A stretch of 64,000 nt of DNA. Source: Candidatus Dormibacteria bacterium. Its GTDB lineage: Bacteria; Chloroflexota; Dormibacteria; Aeolococcales; Bog-877. The notes beneath the pieces were generated by a model. It searched no databases. It saw nothing but the letters and a program-made list of their open reading frames with translations, and was not told the origin of the DNA. Position 1 is the first letter of the stretch. Every line of letters starts with the position of its first letter. A program made the position numbers and the translations under genes. This document shows, in pieces, positions 1-9,277 of the stretch. The stretch spans positions 38,637 through 102,636 of the forward strand of contig JBOHUG010000114.1 in assembly GCA_050734135.1 (NCBI GenBank), read 5' to 3'.

Positions 1-1
1 G

Positions 2-337
2 GCTACCGGGGCGGTGGTGCTCGACGCCCGCAGCCAAGAGCGATTCGGCGGCGCGCCATCACCATTGGACCCACGCCCAGGCCATATCCCAGGCGCCCAC
101 AACCTGCCCTGGGCGAATGCCTACCGCGATGGTCAGGTCATCGAAGCGGTGGAGTTGGTTGTCCGCAGTCATCAGGCCACCGCGGGCGCGGAGCCGACGG
201 TCGCCTACTGCGGCTCAGGTGTTACCGCCTGCAGCCTGATCCTGGCCCTTGAGTCGGCGGGAATCCAAGGAGTCCAGCTCTACCCCGGCTCGTGGAGCGA
301 GTGGGCCCAGGACCCCGCTCGACCTGCTGCGACCTAG
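2..337 (+). CDS. Rhodanese-domain sulfurtransferase, C-terminal part (5' end lies outside the window)
   Basis: ORF 14..337 translation carries a rhodanese active-site loop (VAYCGSGVTAC) and a C-terminal SEW motif; the reading frame is open to the window edge. Confidence 0.55.
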   Translation, partial: ATGAVVLDARSQERFGGAPSPLDPRPGHIPGAHNLPWANAYRDGQVIEAVELVVRSHQATAGAEPTVAYCGSGVTACSLILALESAGIQGVQLYPGSWSEWAQDPARPAAT

Positions 338-358
338 CGGCGCCTGAGGCGGGCCCCT

Positions 359-1129
359 TCAACTGCGCCGAGTGACCTTGTAGGCGGTCGCCTGTTGCAC
401 TGGACGCATCACGATCTGGTCCAGGTTTACATGAGCGGGCCGGGTGACCGCGAACGCGACCACGTCGGCAACGTCCTCTGCCGTGAGCGGGGTGACCCCT
501 CGATAGACCGCCGCAGCCCGGTCCCGGTCGCCTCCGTAACGGTTCAGAGAGAACTCGGTCTGGACCATCCCAGGGGAGACCTCGGTGACTCGGATTGGCC
601 GGCCGGACAGCTCCAGGCGCAGGGTCTGGCTGATCGCGTGCACCGCGTGCTTCGCAGCTGTGTAGCCAGCCCCCCCCTCGTAGACCTCGAGCCCAGCGGT
701 TGACGAGATGTTCACGATGTGACCCTGAGCGGAACGCTCCAAGGCTGGCAGAAGCGCCCGGGTCACCTGCATCAGGCCCAGCACGTTCACCTCCCACATC
801 CAGCGCCATTCGGCGCTATCCGCCTCGGCTACGGGGTCAACCCCCCGGGCGCCACCGGCGTTGTTGATCAGCACCCGGACTCCAACTGCCTCGGCGCAGA
901 AGGCGGCAACGCTGGCCTCGTCGCTCACGTCCAGCACCATCGCCCGCCCGCCAAGCTCACGCCCGATCCGGTGGACCTCTGCTTCTCGGCGAGCGCCGAG
1001 CAGGAGGCGGAATCCCTCCGCCGCCAGCCGCCTAGCGATGGCCTCACCGATCCCAGCGCTGGCCCCGGTGACCACCGCCAACGGCCGGAGATCGTTTTCA
1101 GCCGCCCGTCGCCCGCGCTCAGCGGCCAT
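359..1129 (-). CDS. Short-chain dehydrogenase/reductase (SDR) family oxidoreductase
   Basis: N-terminal VTGASAGIG Rossmann motif, NNAG, and catalytic Y-x3-K (YTAAKHAV); 256 aa is typical for an SDR. Confidence 0.8.
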   Translation of the reverse strand: MAAERGRRAAENDLRPLAVVTGASAGIGEAIARRLAAEGFRLLLGARREAEVHRIGRELGGRAMVLDVSDEASVAAFCAEAVGVRVLINNAGGARGVDPVAEADSAEWRWMWEVNVLGLMQVTRALLPALERSAQGHIVNISSTAGLEVYEGGAGYTAAKHAVHAISQTLRLELSGRPIRVTEVSPGMVQTEFSLNRYGGDRDRAAAVYRGVTPLTAEDVADVVAFAVTRPAHVNLDQIVMRPVQQATAYKVTRRS

Positions 1130-1178
1130 CTGTCACCTCCACGCTCAACCCCGTTTCCCGGCCGACGCCGACAACAGC

Positions 1179-3251
1179 CTAGGCAATTGAGATCCTCGCC
1201 AGCTCCCGGTCGAGCCCTTCGGCGTCGCCCACCGGAAGTCGGCAGGTGAACTTGCGGCAGACATAGGCGGTCGGAGCACCCTCAAGAAGGGGCCGGGAGA
1301 GCACCAGGGGCGGTCCCACCTCAGCATCGGCTCGGCCGGGACTTACCCGGCCTACCCCCACCACCAGCTCCGGTCGGAGCTGGGATCGTGCCCGGCGCAG
1401 CAGCGGTAAGTGAGCCGACTTCAGATCCGGCACGACCAGTGCCAGCTCGACCTGACCCTGGTTCAAGATCGCCATCATGGACAGAAGTGCTCCGAAGGCG
1501 GACGGGAACCGCTCAGCCGCGCTCGCCATCGCCTCCAGGACCGCGCTAGCCCGCTGGAGCCAGTTGGCGTCTCCACTTAGGGCGTAGAGCCGCAGACAGA
1601 GCTCGCTCATCAGCGATATGCCACTGGGCTGGGCTCCATCCTCAAGGCTCCGGGGCCGCGCTTGGAGGTGGGGGTCGTGATCGGTCGGGGTGTCGAACCA
1701 GCCGGGTCCGGCAGGATCCCGGTACTCTCTTTCGACGCGCCGGCCGAGTTCGAGCGCGAGTTCATACCAGCTCGTCTCACCAGTTGCCTCATGGAGGGAC
1801 AATGCTGCCAAGCCCATGGCTGCGAGATCGTCCAGCCCCGCCGTAAAGCGGGCGCGCGTTCCGTCGAAGAGATGGTGGAGCTCGCCGCCGCTGGTGGCCT
1901 GACGAAGTACTGCCACGGCACAGTTCCGGGCCACCGCCAGGTAGCGAGGGTCGCCAGATCCTAGGCCCAACTCGGCGAGGGCTGAGATCGCCAGTCCGTT
2001 CCAGCCCACAATCAGTTTGTCGTCCCGAGCGGGAACCGTTCGATCGGCACGCGCCTTGAGCAGCTCCTGCGCTACCTGCTCTCGGACAGTCGGGGATTCC
2101 GATTCCCCAAGGCCACGCTCCGCCCCCGCCGGCCCCGGGGCGATACCTCCGCGCAGCACCATGCCTCCCAGCTCCGTGTGGGCATCACCCGGTCCACCGA
2201 AAAGCTCGGCCACCAGTTCCAGCCGTTCCGGCCCCAAGACGGCGGCCAGCTGCTCGGGAGTCCAGGCGTAGAAAGCCCCATCACCGGCGGCGGTGTCGGC
2301 GTCGAAGCTGGCCGCGAATCCCCCCCCGGGCAGTCCCATCTGGTCGATGAGGAAGTCGGCAGTGCGGCTGGCGATGACGAGGTGACGCGGGTCGCCGTAG
2401 GCGCGCCAACTGCGCAGGTAGAGACGCACCAGCTGGGCGTTGTCGTAGAGCATTTTTTCGAAGTGGGGTACCGCCCAGCGGCGATCGACGCTGTAGCGAT
2501 GGAAGCCCTCGCCCAGCTGGTCGCGGATCCCGCCCGCGGCCATGGCCTGAAGGGACCTTCGGACCACCTCGGCGGACCTCGGGCTCTGCTCCAGAACCGC
2601 CCTGGTTAGGAGGAAGTCCAGGGCCGCGCATTGGGGAAACTTGGGAGCCCCACCGAAACCGCCGTACTCAAGATCCGCGCTGTGAACCAGCTGCTCCTCT
2701 GCTGCCGCGAGGACCTCGCCTAGCCGGGTTGCTCGCGGGGGCGGCGAGACAAGTGGAGCGGGTTTGAGGGCTTCGCTGAGGCGCTCCGCGCGGGCCACCA
2801 CCTCCGAGCGGCGCTCCCGATACGCGGCTGCGAGCGTCTCCATCGCCCTGCGGAAGCCAGGCAGTCCCGGTCGGTCTTCAGGTGGGAAGTAGGTTCCAGC
2901 GAAGAAGGGCCTCCCGTCTGGCAAAAGAAATGCCGTCATCGGCCAGCCACCGCTCCCGGTCAGGGCTTGGAGGGCGTCCATGTACACCCGGTCCACATCG
3001 GGCCGCTCCTCCCGGTCCACTTTGACGTTTACGAACAGCCCGTTCTGGAGCTCGGCGAGGAGTGGATTCTCGAAGCACTCGTGGGCCATCACATGGCACC
3101 AGTGACAGGCCGAGTACCCCACGCTGAGCAGGATCGGACGATCCTCCCTCTGAGCTCGCTGAAACGCCTCCTCGCCCCAGGGGTACCAGTCAACGGGATT
3201 GTCCTTGTGCTGGCGCAGGTAGGGACTAGACTCCTCTCCCAGCCGGTTCAT
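1179..3251 (-). CDS. Thioredoxin-domain protein of the YyaL/DUF255 family (N-acylglucosamine 2-epimerase-like fold)
   Basis: 690 aa. N-terminal [20 protein letters not shown] and CHWCHVM thioredoxin-like motif are characteristic of YyaL/SSP411 proteins, followed by a long alpha/alpha toroid-like region. Confidence 0.8.
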   Translation of the reverse strand: MNRLGEESSPYLRQHKDNPVDWYPWGEEAFQRAQREDRPILLSVGYSACHWCHVMAHECFENPLLAELQNGLFVNVKVDREERPDVDRVYMDALQALTGSGGWPMTAFLLPDGRPFFAGTYFPPEDRPGLPGFRRAMETLAAAYRERRSEVVARAERLSEALKPAPLVSPPPRATRLGEVLAAAEEQLVHSADLEYGGFGGAPKFPQCAALDFLLTRAVLEQSPRSAEVVRRSLQAMAAGGIRDQLGEGFHRYSVDRRWAVPHFEKMLYDNAQLVRLYLRSWRAYGDPRHLVIASRTADFLIDQMGLPGGGFAASFDADTAAGDGAFYAWTPEQLAAVLGPERLELVAELFGGPGDAHTELGGMVLRGGIAPGPAGAERGLGESESPTVREQVAQELLKARADRTVPARDDKLIVGWNGLAISALAELGLGSGDPRYLAVARNCAVAVLRQATSGGELHHLFDGTRARFTAGLDDLAAMGLAALSLHEATGETSWYELALELGRRVEREYRDPAGPGWFDTPTDHDPHLQARPRSLEDGAQPSGISLMSELCLRLYALSGDANWLQRASAVLEAMASAAERFPSAFGALLSMMAILNQGQVELALVVPDLKSAHLPLLRRARSQLRPELVVGVGRVSPGRADAEVGPPLVLSRPLLEGAPTAYVCRKFTCRLPVGDAEGLDRELARISIA

Positions 3252-3313
3252 CGATTGAACGTACTACCCGAGGCCCAGGAGGGGAGTTCTCGGACGGCTG
3301 CGAGAATCGCCCT

Positions 3314-4213
3314 ATGAGTTCACGACCAGAATTCCAGCCGGAGCTGCCACCACTCGGACTGAGATTGGGGCTCAACGCCGCGTCTGCCACGGTCCGGGCA
3401 CTCGGTCCCCTCCGCTACCAGCTGGCGGACCGGATCGGCAACGCCACCTTTTTGGCTCAGCCCCGCCTTCGGAAAACCGCGATCCGAAACTACCGCGCCG
3501 CCTTCCCGAAGCTGACGCGGCGCCAGGCTCGCCGCCTGGCCGCCCGCAGCTTTCGGGAATACGCGCGAACCGCGATCGACTTCCTGTACGTCCAGCGCCT
3601 GCCCCGGACCACGGTTTTGTCCGAGATGCGGGTCTTCGGCTATGAGAGCTACATGCAAGGACTCCAGCTGGCGGGGAAGCCAGGGATCCTGGTGATCACC
3701 CATCACGGCAGCTGGGACGCCCCGGGTGCGCTGGCGATCGCCAACGGCGTCCACCTCACCTCGGTGATGGACGACGAGGGCAATGCCACCATGGCTAATC
3801 TGGTCATCTGGGCCCGGGCTGAGATCGGGGTTGAGGTTGTGCCGGCTTCAAGGTCGCCGCGCACCCTGCTGCAGCGGCTGCGAGCCGGCGGTTGGGTGGC
3901 GCTAGTCGCTGACATCCCCGGAGATACCCCCTCCGTCGAGGTCGACTTCCTCAACCACCGAACCCGTTTCTCCGCGGCTCCGGGCATTTTGGCGGCCCAC
4001 ACCGGGGCTCCCTTGGTCCCGGCTACCAGCGTCCGGACACCCAATGGCGGTTATCTGATCGAGCTCTTTCCTCCAGTCACGATCGAGAGAGGTACCGACC
4101 CTGCTGAAGCCATGGGCCGGATCATTCCCGTGTTCGAAGCGGTGGTGCGGCGCTGGCCCGAGCAGTGGTACCCCTTCCGCGAGGACCTCTTCCTTGACCT
4201 CCCCGCCAGCTGA
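3314..4213 (+). CDS. Lysophospholipid acyltransferase (LPLAT/HtrB-like; PIM acyltransferase PatA-like)
   Basis: 299 aa with an HHGSWD-type H-x4-D acyltransferase motif. It sits directly upstream of a GT4 glycosyltransferase, as in the actinobacterial patA-pimA arrangement. Confidence 0.6.
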   Translation: MSSRPEFQPELPPLGLRLGLNAASATVRALGPLRYQLADRIGNATFLAQPRLRKTAIRNYRAAFPKLTRRQARRLAARSFREYARTAIDFLYVQRLPRTTVLSEMRVFGYESYMQGLQLAGKPGILVITHHGSWDAPGALAIANGVHLTSVMDDEGNATMANLVIWARAEIGVEVVPASRSPRTLLQRLRAGGWVALVADIPGDTPSVEVDFLNHRTRFSAAPGILAAHTGAPLVPATSVRTPNGGYLIELFPPVTIERGTDPAEAMGRIIPVFEAVVRRWPEQWYPFREDLFLDLPAS

Positions 4214-5375
4214 ATCTGGCCCGGCGCGGCCGCTTCGGCTGGGCTGGTTCGGGCACGCTGCGGGAGTCCATACCGACGGCCTCACCACCTACTCAGCGGA
4301 ATCGGTGGCCGGGCTGCGGGCGCGGGGATTTGAGGTTTGGTTTCACCATTCGAGCCAGGACGGTGCCGCGGCCGCGAATGACGAGTCCCACTCCCTGGCC
4401 TGGCAGACCTGGCGGTACAAGACCGTGACCGTTCCCAGGCGAGGATTCCGAGCGGGAGTGCGCCACTGGCTGGCCGAGGTCCGGCCGGACATCGTCCATG
4501 CCTCACTCAGCTTCACCTTGGCAGACGGTTGGCTGGGTCGGCAGTCCCGGGCCGCCGGCGCTGCCGCGGTCGCCACTTTTCACTTGCCGTTTGGCAGACC
4601 CGGGAGTGGGCGCGCCTTGGTCATGCGTGAGCTGCACCGCTTCTGGGCCCCCCGGCTCCGCGCCTACCAACGAGTCATCGTCTTCTCCCAAGAGCACCGT
4701 CGCCGCTTGGCTGAGGTGGGAGTCGACCAATCTCGGATCGAGGTCGTTCCCAACGCGGTCAACACTGAAGTCTTCACTCCCGGGATCTCCCGGCTTCGAC
4801 AGGATCGCCTTCGCGGGGCCACTCTGGTGCTCGGATACCTCGGCCGACTGGACCCTGAGAAGGGCGTTCGCGAACTCCTCGAGGGGTTTCGCACGGCCAA
4901 CTTGGGGCCAGACTCCCGGCTCCTGATCGCCGGTCGCGGGGTGCTGGAGTCCCGGGTGATCGAGGCCGCGCGGAATCCCCGGATCATCTATCTGGGCCAG
5001 CTGCTGACACTACCCGAGCGGCTCGAATTCTGGAGAGCGGTTGACCTCTTCTGCCTCCCCTCCAGCGCCGAGGGGCTCTCGATCGCGCTGCTGGAGGCGA
5101 TGGCGACAGGCTGTGCGGTCGCGGCCACCCCAGCCGGGGGGGCCGCGGCAGTAGCGGGAGCTGCCGTCACCTTGACTCCTGGAGCACTTGCGGAATCGAT
5201 TGGGAGCCTTCTGACGAAGCTAGACGAGCAGCCCGGGGAGCGCGAGCGCCTCGGTCAGGGGGCACGCGAGGAAGCGGTGCGTCATCATGGGATGACCGCC
5301 ATGTTGGATCGATTGCTAACGATCTACGACGACTGTCTGCGCCAGCCAACGGATGATCTTCGACCGACGAACTAA
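4194..5375 (+). CDS. GT4-family glycosyltransferase (PimA-like mannosyltransferase candidate)
   Basis: 393 aa with a C-terminal GT-B fold signature (GRLDPEKG...EGLSIALLEAMATGCAVAAT). It overlaps the acyltransferase stop, so the exact start is uncertain. Confidence 0.65.
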   Translation: MTSPPAESGPARPLRLGWFGHAAGVHTDGLTTYSAESVAGLRARGFEVWFHHSSQDGAAAANDESHSLAWQTWRYKTVTVPRRGFRAGVRHWLAEVRPDIVHASLSFTLADGWLGRQSRAAGAAAVATFHLPFGRPGSGRALVMRELHRFWAPRLRAYQRVIVFSQEHRRRLAEVGVDQSRIEVVPNAVNTEVFTPGISRLRQDRLRGATLVLGYLGRLDPEKGVRELLEGFRTANLGPDSRLLIAGRGVLESRVIEAARNPRIIYLGQLLTLPERLEFWRAVDLFCLPSSAEGLSIALLEAMATGCAVAATPAGGAAAVAGAAVTLTPGALAESIGSLLTKLDEQPGERERLGQGAREEAVRHHGMTAMLDRLLTIYDDCLRQPTDDLRPTN

Positions 5376-5501
5376 CGCCAGGCAGCGGCACCGCTGGCCG
5401 GGCTCGGTCGGTCCCGACACGGGAGGCTCGACGATCAAGGTGGAGGAGTGGCTGGTGCGTGACTTGCTTGGCGCTCGTTCTAGGCCAGAACGAGACCGAA
5501 A

Positions 5502-6428
5502 GTGCCGTTCCCACGGCCGCTCTCCCACCTGCCGGGGAGCGGCTTGAGCAGAGTGTCCAGCCAGCCACAGACCGCCTTGGTAGTGGACAGCGGCGCCTGT
5601 CTGCCGCCCGCGCTCGGGGAATCTCCCTGGGTCAACGTCGTGCCCATGTCAATCGAGGTCGACGGCCGCGTGCTGCGGGACGGAATCGACATCACCAGCC
5701 AGGAGCTGTATCAACGGCTGACCGGTCCCGGGCCACTTCCCAGCAGCAGCTCCCCCTCGCCTGGCGACTATCTCAAGGTCTTCCGGTCGATAGCGATCGT
5801 GGACATCATCTGCCTGACCATTCCGGAGCGGTACTCGATGATGGGCCGGTCAGCTCGGGTGGCGGCCGAGATGCTCCGCAGCGAGGATGCGAAGAAGCAC
5901 ATCGAGATCCTCGACACTGGGACGGCTGCGGGGGGCTACACCCTGGTCGCGGAGGCTGCGGCGGCCGCCTGCGCCGCCGGTCTGGAGCGAGAGCAGGTGA
6001 CGGAGCACGTCAAGGAGGTGGCGTCGAGCGCACGGGTGATCGCGGCGCTCGACACGATGCGCTACCTGGTCCGCAGCGGACGGGTGCCGGCCCTGGCGGG
6101 GCTGAGCGGAGACCTGCTCCATGTTCGGCCGGTGTTCGCTTTCACCGGCGGCGATGTCCGCCGTCTCGGTCTGGTGCGCAGTACCAGGCGGGCGCTGAGG
6201 GCGGTGGCCGAACACCTCCGGGAGCAGACCCCTCCGGAGACCGAGGTGCGGCTGGCGGTGTTCTGCGGGGACTCCCCGAATGCGCTTCCGGAGCTTAGTC
6301 GCCACCTCCGGGCGCTTTTCGGCGAGCGCCCGTTGGAACGGCTCAATCTAACTCCGGTGATCGCGCTTCACACCGGCCCCGGTCTGATCGGCGCTGCCGC
6401 CGTCGCCGACATCCCGCTGGCCAGGTGA
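5502..6428 (+). CDS. DegV-family fatty-acid-binding protein
   Basis: 308 aa; (A)LVVDSGACLP N-terminus and overall DegV/EDD-fold layout. The start may lie slightly downstream. Confidence 0.7.
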   Translation: MPFPRPLSHLPGSGLSRVSSQPQTALVVDSGACLPPALGESPWVNVVPMSIEVDGRVLRDGIDITSQELYQRLTGPGPLPSSSSPSPGDYLKVFRSIAIVDIICLTIPERYSMMGRSARVAAEMLRSEDAKKHIEILDTGTAAGGYTLVAEAAAAACAAGLEREQVTEHVKEVASSARVIAALDTMRYLVRSGRVPALAGLSGDLLHVRPVFAFTGGDVRRLGLVRSTRRALRAVAEHLREQTPPETEVRLAVFCGDSPNALPELSRHLRALFGERPLERLNLTPVIALHTGPGLIGAAAVADIPLAR

Positions 6429-7114
6429 TGCTGGAGGCGTCGGTCGCCCCTGGCAAGCAAATGCTGGTCATAGTCCTGATCTGGGTGGGGGCCTATCTGG
6501 TCGGGGGGATCCCGGTCGGCTGGCTGGTGGGCAGACTGGCTGGCATCGATCTTCGGGAGGTTGGCACCCACAAGATCGGCACCAGCAACCTGTTCCACAG
6601 CGTCGGCCTGCTCCCAGCCGTGGTGGTGGGGCCCCTGCAGTTCTGCCAGGGGCTGGTGCCGGTGTTGGTCGCCCTGCTGCTGGGCGCTCCCGCGTGGGTC
6701 GCGGCTGGAGCGGGCCTCAGCGCTGTCATCGGCAACGGCTGGCCGGTCTACATGCAGTACAACGGCGGGCGAGGGGTGGCCAGCGCGACCGGGGCGGTGG
6801 CCCTCTGGTCCTGGTCCGGCTTCGCCTTCGTTCTGATCCTGATCATCGTCGGCGGGGTGCTGCGGCGAAGCGCCCTCGGGGTCCTCCTCGCCTACGCCGG
6901 GTTGCCGGTGGTGCTCTGGCTGACCCTGGCTTCACCGGCGTTCGCGATCACCGCGGTGGGGATCGTCATCTGCCTGGTCCTCCGCCGCTTCGAGGGCTAT
7001 CGAGTAGGCCGAGCCCACTCAGGCGAGGAAGCGGACAGCTGGGTCACCCGACTTCTGTTCGACCGGGTTTCCAGTGCGCAGAGCCCCGCGATCCAGCCGA
7101 TAGACTCGGAGTGA
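6425..7114 (+). CDS. plsY: Glycerol-3-phosphate acyltransferase PlsY
   Basis: 229 aa polytopic membrane protein with the HKIGTSN(L) motif equivalent to the PlsY G-x-GN-x-GATN signature. Its stop overlaps the fumC start (TGATG). Confidence 0.8.
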   Translation: MMLEASVAPGKQMLVIVLIWVGAYLVGGIPVGWLVGRLAGIDLREVGTHKIGTSNLFHSVGLLPAVVVGPLQFCQGLVPVLVALLLGAPAWVAAGAGLSAVIGNGWPVYMQYNGGRGVASATGAVALWSWSGFAFVLILIIVGGVLRRSALGVLLAYAGLPVVLWLTLASPAFAITAVGIVICLVLRRFEGYRVGRAHSGEEADSWVTRLLFDRVSSAQSPAIQPIDSE

Positions 7115-8532
7115 TGAGCGAGGGCCCTGTCCGCCTCGAGCGCGACTCCATGGGCGAGATGGAGGTCCCGGCAGACGCCCTTTACGGGGCGAGCACTCAG
7201 CGGGCGGTGGGCAACTTCCCCATTAGCCGGCTGCGACTACCCCGGCGCATGATCGGCGCTCTCGGCGACATCAAACGCGAGGCCGCCCAGGTGAACCTTG
7301 AGCTGGGGTTGCTGCCCACGGAGCTCGCCACTGCCATCGCCCAGGCCGCAGACGAGGTCAGCCAGGGCCGCTTCGACGGCCAGTTCGTGGTCGACATATT
7401 CCAAACCGGCAGCGGCACCTCGTCGAACATGAATGCCAACGAGGTGATCGGTAACCGGGCCCTCGAACTCTTGGGCGGTTCCCGGGGTGAGCGCAATCGT
7501 GTCCACCCCAATGACCACGTCAACCTGGGCCAGTCCAGCAACGACGTCTTCCCCTCCGCCATCCACCTGGCAGCGCTGGCGACCCTCCGAGACGAGCTGG
7601 TGCCCAGCGCGCGGCAGCTCGAGCTCAGCCTGGCCCGGCAACGCGACCAACTCTGGGGAGTTATCAAGACCGGACGGACCCACCTCCAGGACGCCACTCC
7701 GATCCGGCTCGGCCAGGAGTTCGAGGGCTACCGAGGACAGATGGAACGGGCGCTTGCCCGGCTTGAACTGGCTCGTCAGCAATTGGTCGAGGTGGCCCTT
7801 GGCGGGACCGCGGTGGGAACTGGGATCGGGACCCACCCGGAGTTCGCCCAGCGAGTGATCGCCCGGCTCGCCCCGCTCTACGACGCCCAGCTCCGCGAGA
7901 CCGATGATCACTTCCAGGCTCAGAGCACCCTGGACGCGGTGGTTTTCGCATCGGGAGCGGTCCGGGGAGCAGCCATCGCTCTCCATAAGATCGCCAACGA
8001 TTTGCGGCTGCTCAGCTCCGGTCCCCGAGCTGGGATCGCCGAGGTCAGTCTGCCCGAGGTTCAGCCGGGCTCCTCGATCATGCCGGGGAAGGTCAACCCG
8101 GTGATCTGCGAGTCGGCCCTGATGGTGGTTGCCCAGGTGCTCGGAAACGATGCCACAGTCGCCTTCTGCGGCTCGACAGGCTCCTTGCTGGAGCTCAACG
8201 TGATGTTGCCCGTGGCCGCCCACAACCTCCTGGAGGAGATCGAGCTGCTTGCTCGGGCCGCCGCCAACCTGGCTCACCAGACGGTGGACGGCCTGTTCGC
8301 CACCAGCCGTGGCCCAGAGCTGCTGGAGCAGGGTCTGGCGATCTGTACCGCACTGGTGCCGGTCGTCGGGTACGACGCCGCTGCCGCCATCGCCCATGAG
8401 GCACATCGGAGTGGACGAACCGTCCGGGAGGTGGCTACAGAGCGATCTGGGATCACTCCCGAGGAGCTGAACCGGCTCCTTGACCCCGAGCGGCTGGTCG
8501 GGCCCGGACTGGACCCGCCGGAGCGCGGCTGA
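7114..8532 (+). CDS. fumC: Class II fumarate hydratase
   Basis: DSMGEMEVPADALYGASTQRA N-terminal motif and the GSSIMPGKVNP signature of the fumarase/aspartase family. The long ORF 6694..8532 was trimmed to the ATG at 7114, which matches fumarase N-termini. Confidence 0.85.
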   Translation: MSEGPVRLERDSMGEMEVPADALYGASTQRAVGNFPISRLRLPRRMIGALGDIKREAAQVNLELGLLPTELATAIAQAADEVSQGRFDGQFVVDIFQTGSGTSSNMNANEVIGNRALELLGGSRGERNRVHPNDHVNLGQSSNDVFPSAIHLAALATLRDELVPSARQLELSLARQRDQLWGVIKTGRTHLQDATPIRLGQEFEGYRGQMERALARLELARQQLVEVALGGTAVGTGIGTHPEFAQRVIARLAPLYDAQLRETDDHFQAQSTLDAVVFASGAVRGAAIALHKIANDLRLLSSGPRAGIAEVSLPEVQPGSSIMPGKVNPVICESALMVVAQVLGNDATVAFCGSTGSLLELNVMLPVAAHNLLEEIELLARAAANLAHQTVDGLFATSRGPELLEQGLAICTALVPVVGYDAAAAIAHEAHRSGRTVREVATERSGITPEELNRLLDPERLVGPGLDPPERG

Positions 8533-8537
8533 CCTCG

Positions 8538-9173
8538 TCAGCTGGGCTTGAGCAGGGTGGCGACGTACCAGTCGCCGGCGACCTTTATGCAAGTGAGTTC
8601 GTCGGGGAGCCCGAGCGGCTCATGCGCCACCGGCTCGCAGGTGTACTCCTTGCTGCCGTTGAACGGCGCACAGACCTGGAGGGAGATCGTCACGGTGGCC
8701 CGGGACTTCTCCTGCTCGACGTAGGCCAAAGCCGGGGCCGCAACGTAGGCGCGGCGGGATTTGAAGGCTTCGACGATGGCGCGAGCCTGGGACTTCTTCG
8801 CCGGTGCCAGATATTGTCGGACCTGACTGACGTCGCTGTTCTCGAGCCCGACCAGGTAGCCGGCCACCGCCCCGGTCGAGCTGCTGTGCGAGGGTGTGGG
8901 GAGGGGATGGGTGGTCAGCAGCCGAATCAGGATCAGTACCACCAGAGCCCCGGCGAGCAGGAGGGTGAAGCGGCGCTGGCCGATCCGACCCGCCGGCCCC
9001 AGGGGTGTCAGCTGGGGCAGCGGCGCAACGGTCGACGAATCCTCATTGGGAATCCCAGAATCGCTCACTGGTGGAGCTCCCCTGCCGATGCCCTCTGCGC
9101 CACCTCCGGAAACCAAACCGGCCAGATCGGCGTTGTACTGGGTGGGCACGGCGCGTGCACGGTGCCTCCCCAC
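8538..9173 (-). CDS. Hypothetical bitopic membrane protein (cytoplasmic N-term, one TM, ~120-aa extracytoplasmic domain)
   Basis: 211 aa; hydrophobic stretch LLLAGALVVLILIRLL followed by a Cys-containing globular C-terminus. Convergent with fumC and divergent from PBP1A. Confidence 0.45.
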   Translation of the reverse strand: MGRHRARAVPTQYNADLAGLVSGGGAEGIGRGAPPVSDSGIPNEDSSTVAPLPQLTPLGPAGRIGQRRFTLLLAGALVVLILIRLLTTHPLPTPSHSSSTGAVAGYLVGLENSDVSQVRQYLAPAKKSQARAIVEAFKSRRAYVAAPALAYVEQEKSRATVTISLQVCAPFNGSKEYTCEPVAHEPLGLPDELTCIKVAGDWYVATLLKPS

Positions 9174-9277
9174 CTGGCCGGGTCACCACCCTCATCGGTA
9201 GGACCTAGGCCCCGCGCCGTGCCCAAACGTCGACGCTGGCTGGATTCATCCTTGGGCGAGATTCTGGACGTGTTCGA

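Noticed and set aside
5459-6305. 279-aa alternative-frame + ORF and 151-aa minus ORF overlapping degV
   Set aside because: Gly/Arg-rich low-complexity translations. The DegV frame has coherent composition and a family-like N-terminus.
6694-7113. N-terminal 140-aa extension of the fumC ORF from the ORF track
   Set aside because: The extension overlaps plsY in another frame and is Arg/Gly-rich. Fumarase homology begins exactly at the ATG at 7114, which also forms a TGATG junction with plsY.
7237-8592. 451-aa minus-strand ORF overlapping fumC
   Set aside because: Antisense to a gene with unambiguous fumarase signatures. Its composition (Gly/Arg/Leu/Val repeats) is non-protein-like.
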